This document shows positions 55,725 through 64,000 of a DNA stretch of 64,000 nucleotides, piece after piece. The DNA is from Macrostomum lignano (lineage: Eukaryota): contig NIVC01003394.1 of assembly GCA_002269645.1 (NCBI GenBank), positions 1 to 64,000 on the forward strand, given 5' to 3'. The translations under genes were made by a program, and so were the position numbers. The notes below the pieces were generated by a model, which saw only the letters and a program-made list of their open reading frames with translations, was not told where the DNA came from and ran no database searches. Position 1 is the first letter of the stretch. Every line of letters starts with the position of its first letter.

Positions 55725-55900
55725 AGATAGATGTGCAACCGACAGCTCAGCCGCAGCTATTACGCGGAGCATCTGAAGACTGCTCACGGCTGTTCAGTCC
55801 AAGGACTGTGGGGGGGGGGGTCGCCACCCAAATCCTCAATTACCCCAGCTGTACTGAAGCAATTCAGAGTTAAAATTCTTGCTCAAGAACACAAATTCAC
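55725..55900 (-). mobile_element. SINE family B partial copy
   Basis: Reverse complement matches ~42155-42360 (gtgtctttgagcaag, ttggactgaacagccg, ggctgagctgttggttgcacatct). Confidence 0.75.
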
Positions 55901-56602
55901 CACATACTAGTACATATCAAAACAATATGATGCTTACCTTTGCGATAAAATTCCTCACTATGATTCCTGATGTTCACTCAGATTGGCATAATGGTACGTA
56001 CGGTGGTATGCTAGTTTTCTGCTGTTAACTAGGAACCAACCTTGTATGCATGCAAATTTTCCAATTCACATCGTAAACACAGGGTGTGCGCCCATAAGCG
56101 TACGTTTTTACTTGTGTGCGCAATGCAAGTACACTGGTATACGGGCGTAGCCAGTACAGGGTATCCCAGCTAATGTACGATGCCAGTGCACCAGACACTT
56201 TCCTTCAAATTTCAGACAATATACATACTAGGTACTACTCTGATAGATAGCTTCTCAGTAGCTACTACATCTATCGTTTAATTAAATTCCAATGCCACTT
56301 CTAAAGACGTCAGATAGACCTCACTTTTGGAATTTAATTTGTTTAAAAAAATTTTGAACAAACTCCACGGTAATTAAATGGAGCTACGTTTTTTCAAGAT
56401 GATATTTATAAACAGTACATATTTCTTTTTTCTTATTGACATGTGTACATGTCATTCGTACGAGTACATGAAATTTGTACATGAAGTAGCTGTGGAATAT
56501 TGACCAATATTAATTGCTATTGTGTCGGTGTGAAAGTATGCCGCATATACAATACAAGTATCAACTGTACAAATTGAGCGTCAAAGAGAGCATTCGGTTT
56601 AA

Positions 56603-57613
56603 TCACAATGCCAAAACCGCAGTCAGCATGCTCAAGATCTCAATCCCACAGCGGGGACATGAGCTCAGGAGATTGAGACATTCGCGGCAGGCGATGAGGT
56701 GAGTACAGGGAAGGCAGACTCGGTCGCGAGGTCGTTCGTAGCACTCGATGCACCGCCAGTTCGTTCCCGAATCCTCGGCCTCCGTCTGCCTCCGTCCCGC
56801 AGAAGCAGTTTTCTCACCCGACTGATCCTCTGGCGGCTGGCAGACTTCATCGCCTTCGGTCTCCAAGGGCACGGGTGTTGAGTCCGTTGGAATTCGGAGC
56901 CGGTCTTGAACGATGGGTGACGCTAGGAGCAGGTCTAGCACGTCAGGAAGCTCGTCCAAGTCAGTCCGCAGCTCGTGGATCAAGCCAATGATTTCGCCTG
57001 GCTGCTTAGCGCCAGAAGCTTCAGGGCCACCAGCCAGCAGTAGCTTAAGCTGGACAAAGATGACTTCATTGGCCGAAAATCCAAAAGACTCCACAAATTT
57101 AGTTACAGGATCTCTGAGTGCAGCTAAGAGTCTTCTGATGAGCTGCTCCAGCCGCTCTGCATCGGCGATGTACTTAACGTCGTCTACTTCGGGTCTTGCC
57201 TTGTTGAGAAACTGCCAAAGGCGTAGCATAGCACAGTGAGGTCGTCGGTTCGAGTGCCAGTCTCCAGGATCGCCATTCACCAACGAGTCAACTCGCGCAC
57301 CGCATAGAATGCAGCTGACACCGCCGAGTCCATCGCTGTAGAATCCGCCATCCGCCCATTGGTGAGCAGCGGCTTCGTCCACGAGACCTTCGAAGGAACG
57401 CAGTCGACTTGTGAAGCTGAGCTTGTCCTGGTAGGGTGAAGATGATCCTAGAATGACCAGGAGACTGCCGACCAGAAAGTTTCGAATCGTCTCGGAGCCA
57501 GACTTCCAGCGCTCCTTCAGTTCTGTCAGCCGGGAGTTTGAGAACAGACAAGAGCTTACTCGAAGCTCATTGACGTCTTTCGGAACCTGTAGCTTTTGAA
57601 GACCTGAAATCAT
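56603..57613 (-). CDS. IAP-like gene 3 (BIR, UBA-like, RING) in one open frame
   Basis: RLRSF..ADGGFYS..VSCILC..GDPGDWH....PHC; VESFGFS; C-terminal CIECYERPRDRVCLPCTHLIACRECLNLLSSCPRCGIEI. Confidence 0.85.
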   Translation of the reverse strand: MISGLQKLQVPKDVNELRVSSCLFSNSRLTELKERWKSGSETIRNFLVGSLLVILGSSSPYQDKLSFTSRLRSFEGLVDEAAAHQWADGGFYSDGLGGVSCILCGARVDSLVNGDPGDWHSNRRPHCAMLRLWQFLNKARPEVDDVKYIADAERLEQLIRRLLAALRDPVTKFVESFGFSANEVIFVQLKLLLAGGPEASGAKQPGEIIGLIHELRTDLDELPDVLDLLLASPIVQDRLRIPTDSTPVPLETEGDEVCQPPEDQSGEKTASAGRRQTEAEDSGTNWRCIECYERPRDRVCLPCTHLIACRECLNLLSSCPRCGIEILSMLTAVLAL

Positions 57614-58490
57614 AATGTTACCTTGAAATAATATATAAAGATAAAACCCTCCATTTTAGACATATCTCATTAGCTTCATTCGAAATTGCCTGCAATTCCA
57701 AGGGCTAGCCAAGTTTGTTCCTCGGAAACGCCAAGGAAATGCCTTTGAAATCGGTCTAATAGTTTAATAACTGCCTGAAGTTCCACTTAATAAGCGCACT
57801 AATGGGTTAAGTGCTTTGCTAATGAACTGTGCAGTACATGAACTTGCTATGCAAGCATTTGACAGTTTCCTGAGCAACAAGAATCTGCACATTTCTACCC
57901 TCATACACTAAAGCAGTTATATCGATTGGAATTGTACACTATATATAGCTATTTCAGGTGTAAACGTTAGTACATAAACAGTAAAGTAAATAAATTGCTT
58001 TAGTACTTCAGTAGATTAGAATATTTATACCTTATTACAGATTTTTCGTTCCTAGTAGCAAGGCACAAACTTTTTTAAATAGCGCCGCTGTTTTTGCTTT
58101 GCCTTCAAAGCGTAGAGCGAGTGTACAACCTACACGGTACTATCCACGGTGTGCATGGGCGCCTCTGTACATTTTGCATTGTAAGCTTTTAACTGTCATG
58201 GCGACAACGCTCTTGCAATTTTGGCAGTAACTATTCACTATAGAATCAAGCAGTGAGCTAGAAAGTGTACTCAAGCTGAATGGTAGAATGATGCTATTAG
58301 AGCATCATATCGCTGCAGTATCCTCGATGTCTCAGAGAATGATTGTTATAAGTACATGTACAGCAGTTAGATTACACGAATGAGTCAGGAATTATGTTCT
58401 ATTTTGCTTATTTATCCCTCTTTTGCCCCGGGCGATAGTTTATGTCACGCTTGTTTTTATTTATTTTCATCGGTGAAAAATCTCTCAGTC

Positions 58491-59768
58491 TCAGGGCATA
58501 TACGCTTGTTTCTCAGCCGAAATCTTGCAGTTGCAAGCGGGACACACGAAATATCCTGAAATGCAACGCTTGCAGTACAAGAGATGCTTGCACGGCAGCA
58601 GCAGCACTTCCCGAGACCTGGTCTGGCAAAGGTGGCACAGCGGGCTGTCTTTCAATGCCTTCTGGTTGGCAGTGGTCTCTTGATGGCCTTCTGGTGCCCT
58701 GTAATAGTTAATAAGGTAGCATAAAAACATTGTTTTGAGCATGATTCTTACCCTCAGAATCTCACGATTCTTACCCCCCCCCCAGAATCTCACGATTCTT
58801 ACCCTCAGAATCTCACGATTCTTACCCCCCAGAATCTCACGATTCTTACCCCCCAGAATCTCACGATTCTTACCCCCCCAGAATCTCACGATTCTTACCC
58901 TCAGAATCTCACGATTCTTAACCCCCAGAATCTTACGATTCTTACCGGCAGAATCTCATGATTCTTACGAGCGTACCCCCAGAAAAAAAAGTACCCCGAT
59001 TAAAATTCGCTGGGGTGGGGCAACACTGGCTGTCAATTCTGCGAAAGGAAATTTGCAAAAGTCTAACCTGATCGAGGGGCTTTCATCGGCTGAAATCTCC
59101 AGATTTCGGATGGTACCCGGCCGGTTCATGACGTCTGAGCTTCTCGGGTCAGCGGTGACTTTGTGACTGGCAAAATCCAGCAGCCTCTGCACCATGCTAG
59201 CCAGCTCTGCAATGTACTCCGGAAGCGAATGCTCAGCCTCTATCAGATCCCCCGGTTTCCACGCCAGAGCTCCGCGATTCAGCTTGAAGAAGAGGCGCAA
59301 GGCGCCCAACGCGGTCTTGGCTTTCGAAAACCCGAACGATTCGACGAAACCAATTTTGAAGTCCCTTAGAAAGAGGAACAGCTTCATGATTAGCTTATGA
59401 AACTTGGCAGTTTCAGCGGTCAGCTCAGAGTCAGGAATCGATCCCGGCTTTTCAGAGAGTCGACGGAGCTGCGACAGGGCGCAGTCAGGCCGGTGGTTCG
59501 CGCTCGATTCTCCGCAGTGGCAGCAGGCGCTGTCGACTCCATTGCTGTAGAAACCGTCCTGCGCCAATCGATGTGCCACTTCTTCATAGTGACGATTGTC
59601 CAGGAATGATTTGAGACGATCCTTGAAGCTGAGCCGGTTTAAGCTCACTGCTGTTCCAAAAATAACCAACATCGTGCCAATTAGATAAATTTCCCGTCCT
59701 GATTGCAACTCTTCCGGAGGCCAGATAGACAATATGTACTGTATAACTTGCTTTATGCTGTCGTCCAT
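58491..59768 (-). CDS. IAP-like gene 4 (BIR with internal deletion, UBA-like, RING); exons 59768..58969 and 58698..58491
   Basis: RLKSF..LAQDGFYS..ACCHC..HRPDC; VESFGFS..PGDLI. Phase-2 intron TC|GTAAGA ... TACAG|G; RING CHLCQTRSREVLLLPCKHLLYCKRCISGYFVCPACNCKI. Confidence 0.8.
58742..58968. repeat. ~24-bp minisatellite, ~10 copies, starting at the 5' splice site of IAP-like gene 4
   Basis: Sense-strand unit GGGGGTAAGAATCGTGAGATTCT. Confidence 0.9.
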
Positions 59769-60299
59769 TGTCCTTCTGAACAGTGACTACGCCAAGTCCC
59801 ATGAAGGCTCGTTTTATGCAGTAACATGGAACCGAAAAAAGCAAATCTCTTATCAACCAACACGCACAATGCAGTGAACGCTACAATCTATTGTACAATG
59901 TATGCAATAGGTTTTAACAAAATAATTTCGCTCAGCCAATAAGATGCCGCTCTATTGCCTGGCTGTTGAAAGCAATATAACAAAATTGTATCTCGCTAAT
60001 GGGTGTTTTAAATGACTTATTTACTGTGTAAGAAACGCAGATCTCTATGAAATATACTATTGAGATACAATGACACTAATATAATATATCGATGCCTTGT
60101 GATAGGCATCTATCAGCAGTCTATTGAGCCTTAGAAATGAGAGCAGCGTCTCATGGCGGGCGCAACTCAAGGCTTGGTGCATAGACCGAACAAGGACGAC
60201 GTAACTGTTATGTTAATATGACTCAAACTCGTCGAAAAGGAATTATCAAAATATAAATATCTAATTACAAAACTGCCTATCAGCAACGCTCGCTAGGAG

Positions 60300-61316
60300 T
60301 CAGCAAATTGTCGCTCTGATGACAGTCAAAATGTCAGCTCGGCATTTCGGGCAGCTCCGGACCTCAGCGGTCAGGCAGCGGCTGCAGAAGCAAAAGTGAG
60401 CACACGGCAGGATCACTCGGTCCCGGTTGCGCGTGAAGCACCGCTGGCAGAGCGGACTGTCGCTGCTGCTGAGGTCCGGCTGGCTGAATGATGACAGTTC
60501 AGAGACTCGACGACCCGAAGCCGGAGAAGTCTCAGCTGATTGGGCGGTCGGCTGTCGATCTTCAACTGGGTGGTTCTTCGTCGAGGTGTTCGCATCGATG
60601 AACTTTAGCCAGCGACAGGAGGCTGCGCTGCCGACGGTGGCATTGGCTTGCTTCACGAGCTGGATCAGCTCGCCAGACCTCAGTTCGGCATCAGCTGTAG
60701 CCTGGAAAACATGAGCCGCAGCAGCCAAGGTTAAATCGAACTTTGAGAATCCGAACGATTCCGCGAGCAGCACAGACTGATTGTTGATGGCGTCCTCGAC
60801 TTGTCTGAACAGCGATTCAAATCTGAGTGAATCGGCGACCTTGGCGGACAATCGCTTATCGAGAAGTTGCAGCAGCCGCAGCAACTGGCAGTCGGGTTTC
60901 TGGCTGATGTGCCACCGCTCGGGGTCATCCGCGATCAGCCGGTCAGCAGGGACTCTGCACTGGCAGTAGCAGCAGCTGGCACCGTCGCCGCCGATGCTGT
61001 AGAATCCAGACTGCGCCCACCGGCAAGCCGCGGCGCTGTCGAGGACGCTCAAGAATGACTGCAGTCGGGTGTTGAAGTCGAGCTGGAGTCGGTTGGCAGC
61101 CACGGCGTGAATGACGAGCAAGCGGCCGACCACAGCAGCGCTCACAGAGTCGCTGTTTTGCTGCAGAAGCTTCTCAGCGCAGTTCAGATGCCAGGGACAC
61201 AGGAGCAGCAGCTCCCTGGCTTGAAGCAGCAGTCGCCATGCAGAGCTCGCGGCTTGCCTTCGACAACAGATTGTCGGCTCCGAGGCCCAGTCGTGCCATT
61301 GATGAGGGTCCATCAC
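60300..61316 (-). CDS. IAP-like gene 5 (BIR, UBA-like, RING) in one open frame
   Basis: RLQSF..AQSGFYS..ASCCYC..DDPERWH....PDC; AESFGFS; RING CQRCFTRNRDRVILPCAHFCFCSRCLTAEVRSCPKCRADI. Confidence 0.85.
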   Translation of the reverse strand: MMDPHQWHDWASEPTICCRRQAASSAWRLLLQARELLLLCPWHLNCAEKLLQQNSDSVSAAVVGRLLVIHAVAANRLQLDFNTRLQSFLSVLDSAAACRWAQSGFYSIGGDGASCCYCQCRVPADRLIADDPERWHISQKPDCQLLRLLQLLDKRLSAKVADSLRFESLFRQVEDAINNQSVLLAESFGFSKFDLTLAAAAHVFQATADAELRSGELIQLVKQANATVGSAASCRWLKFIDANTSTKNHPVEDRQPTAQSAETSPASGRRVSELSSFSQPDLSSSDSPLCQRCFTRNRDRVILPCAHFCFCSRCLTAEVRSCPKCRADILTVIRATIC

Positions 61317-61705
61317 CGTGCTCCAGCGGCCGACTTGTCAGATCGTTTGCCTGAGACTGAGAGTTGGATCCCGTGAACTGTGCTTGAGTCATGTGTTGCT
61401 TCTAAAAGTGGACGTTGGTGACAGGGTGCCGGCTACTAATAAGTAGTCTAAGTGATCTATTTTTAGAAACAAAACTGGAACACTGCCAAGTTTTTGAAGT
61501 GCAACTGGAATGCTGGGCAAAAAATGGTCTGTGCGTCGTCAACTTTGCTTTCTACCTAAGTAGTCCGTACTTCAAACTGTATTGATACCTTGTTGCACCT
61601 CTTTTATTATAAATGATTTAAATTATTATAATTTTAAAGACGTACGATTTGTGATGAATTTCTTTCAGCAATTCCTAATAACCTAAAATCCTAATATTAA
61701 GTGTC

Positions 61706-62925
61706 CGCCCCCGTCGCGGTACGGTGACGCAGATCCTGGCCCTCCGCCGCATCATCGAGGAGGCGCGCATCCACCAGTCAAGCCTTATCGTCATCTTTGT
61801 TGACTTCCTCAAGGCCTTCGACTCGGTGGCGCGCGGCGCGCTGCCTCACGTGCTCCGTGCCTACAACGTACCGCAGCAGCTGATCTCCGCCATCATGGCG
61901 CTGTATCAGGACACCACCGCCGCGGTAGCGACGCCAGACGGACCGTCGGAACTGTTTAGCACGACCTCCGGAGTGCTACAGGGTGACACTCTGGCCCCTT
62001 TCTCTTCGTGCTGGTGATGGACTGGGTGCTCAGGACCGGCCTGCCGACATCAGAGGACGGCTTTCTGCTGCAAAGGCGCACCAGTAGACGGCACCCGGAG
62101 AAGAAACTGTCTGTCCTTGGCTACGCGGACGACCTCGCCCTGCTGTCTTCGACGGCCGAAGGCGCCCAACGGCTTCTGGACGGCCTGACTGCGGCGGCGG
62201 CGAGGGTCGGTCTCGTCATCAACGCCAGGAAGACCGAGGTGCTGACGGTGCCGCATGATCTACCCGCCGAGATTCGACTTCGAGACGGCGACGGCCCCGG
62301 GACGGCGCTCCCGAAGTGCCTTCAGTTCGTCTACCTCGGCGGACTGGTGCCGGACGTCGGTGACGACCTAGCGAGACGGCGCGGCAAGGCCTGGGCTGCC
62401 TTCCGATCTGTGCGGGCGGTGCTGCTCTCCGAGGCCCTGTCCGACGGCGCCAGGTCCCAGCTGTTCCAGGCGGTTGTTGAGACCGCCCTGCTGTACAATG
62501 CTGAGACCTGGACGCTGACCGGGGCGCTTGAGGCGCAGCTCGACGCGGCGCATGCGGCCCTAGTCCGCGCCGCTTTCGGCGCCCGCCGCGGCCCTGGCAG
62601 CGAGACAACCGAGTCCCTGTACAAACGCACAGGCCTGACGCGGCCTTCTGCCCTGCTGAGTCAGCGGCGCCTGCGGCTTGCCGGACATGTCATCCGGGCC
62701 GAAGCCTACTGCCCAGAGCCGCTGCAGGACGTCCTGATGTGGACCCCGCAGGGACCGCGCAGACGTGGTCAGGGACGGTCAGCCCGCTACGTCGACCGCC
62801 TTTTTGAAGATGCGCGAGCACCCAGCCAGACGGCCGGTGTGAAGCACATTAGAGACCTGGCTCTGAAACGCGCGATTTGACGCTCCCCCTTCTTGGCCAC
62901 TCCCGTGGCTGGCGTGGGGCGTAAC

Positions 62926-62952
<27 letters not shown>
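61706..62952 (+). mobile_element. 5'-truncated RTE-type non-LTR retrotransposon; RT split by a 1-nt frameshift near 62000
   Basis: RRGTVTQILALRRIIE, FVDFLKAFDSV, GVLQGDTLAPF, YADD, GLVIN.RKT, LYNAETWTL, RLAGHV.R; (TTA)n tail; TSD tattaagtgtc at 61695-705 and 62953-63. Confidence 0.93.
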
Positions 62953-62958
<6 letters not shown>

Positions 62959-63798
62959 GTGTCAATCATACACGTACTCGTATAGAGAAAGGCGCAAGTG
63001 TCCACCTTACCTTTTCAATTCGTTTGTTTTTATTAAAGCCAATAATTTTTCAATGCTTTTCGGACGTGTCGACAGTTATGAAGAGCTTTCTTACAGCACT
63101 GCAATGCGCGTGCAGTGCTGTATAGGGCTTTTTTGTGGTTGATCCAGGGCTTGTCCGAGGAAATTCCCGGGCTGCACCGGGGGCATTTTGCTGCGGCCGT
63201 TCATGCCGCATTCTATTTTTAGATTCTTAGAAGACTTGACGCGTTCTTTGATTGGTACATTTAGTCTACTGTGTGATAAGTAATCCAGATTGGTGTTTGC
63301 ATGATATGGCAACAATTTGAGCGTTACAATTTATGCATGAACTATGCTTGAACGCAGACTCGTGTGACGCTTTAGTGTATGCATGAGTACAGCTTGTGCA
63401 TACGGCCTTGGCATGGGCTATTTTTAGCAGATTACCTGATGTGAGCTGCTGCAGGGGAGGGGGTACTAACGTACTTACGTATTTCGTAGAATTTAGGACG
63501 ATGTGGTGTTAAAGAATCGACGTAATCTAGTTCGAATGAAAATCAACGATCATATTTCTGTCCGATCGTGTTGTATTACTTGAGCAGCGCAGAGTAAAAC
63601 ATGAGACCAGGATCTCTCATTCAGGAAGTGAATGCCTGCAGTGCCTGAATGATGGCACCGCCGCACCGAGGTCCGTTGAAGTCCGTCTAAGCGGGCGCAC
63701 AGTGCCAAGTGGCTGCAGTGGCTGCTGCCTGTCTGCAGAGACCTGAGATCCGGCGCTGGGTCAGAGGGCGGTCTGGAAACGGTGCTTTTAGTGATGAG

Positions 63799-64000
<202 letters not shown>

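Noticed and set aside
63550-63790. Possible last exon of a gene entering from beyond the window ([10 protein letters not shown]...HFLNERSW)
   Set aside because: Exon-like composition but no recognisable homology, and it is not a sixth RING; left uncalled.

Overview
Eukaryotic (metazoan) genomic DNA. GC-rich exons sit in AT-rich, repeat-dense DNA, and nearly every large intron is filled with a minisatellite. That style, plus an ATG-less gene start at an in-frame splice acceptor, suggests a free-living flatworm such as Macrostomum (inference, not proven). The left two thirds hold five spliced housekeeping genes: SEC20/BNIP1, UGDH, a Rab43/Rab19-like GTPase and FDXR (all minus strand; FDXR has a 1-nt frameshift), and PQLC1/SLC66A2 (plus strand). 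The right third (45.5-61.3 kb) is a tandem array of five highly diverged, co-oriented IAP-like genes (divergent BIR + UBA-like + C-terminal RING). Two of their RING exons are missing from the ORF track and were read by hand. The copies differ in zinc ligands and in the presence of an intron before the RING. Mobile DNA is abundant: TSD-flanked MITEs (P/hAT-like, Charlie-like), a Harbinger-like and a Merlin/MULE-like element, a long-TIR mariner derivative, a foldback-like palindrome, two tRNA-derived SINE families and a 5'-truncated RTE LINE. All family assignments come from recognising motifs by eye; no database searches were run.
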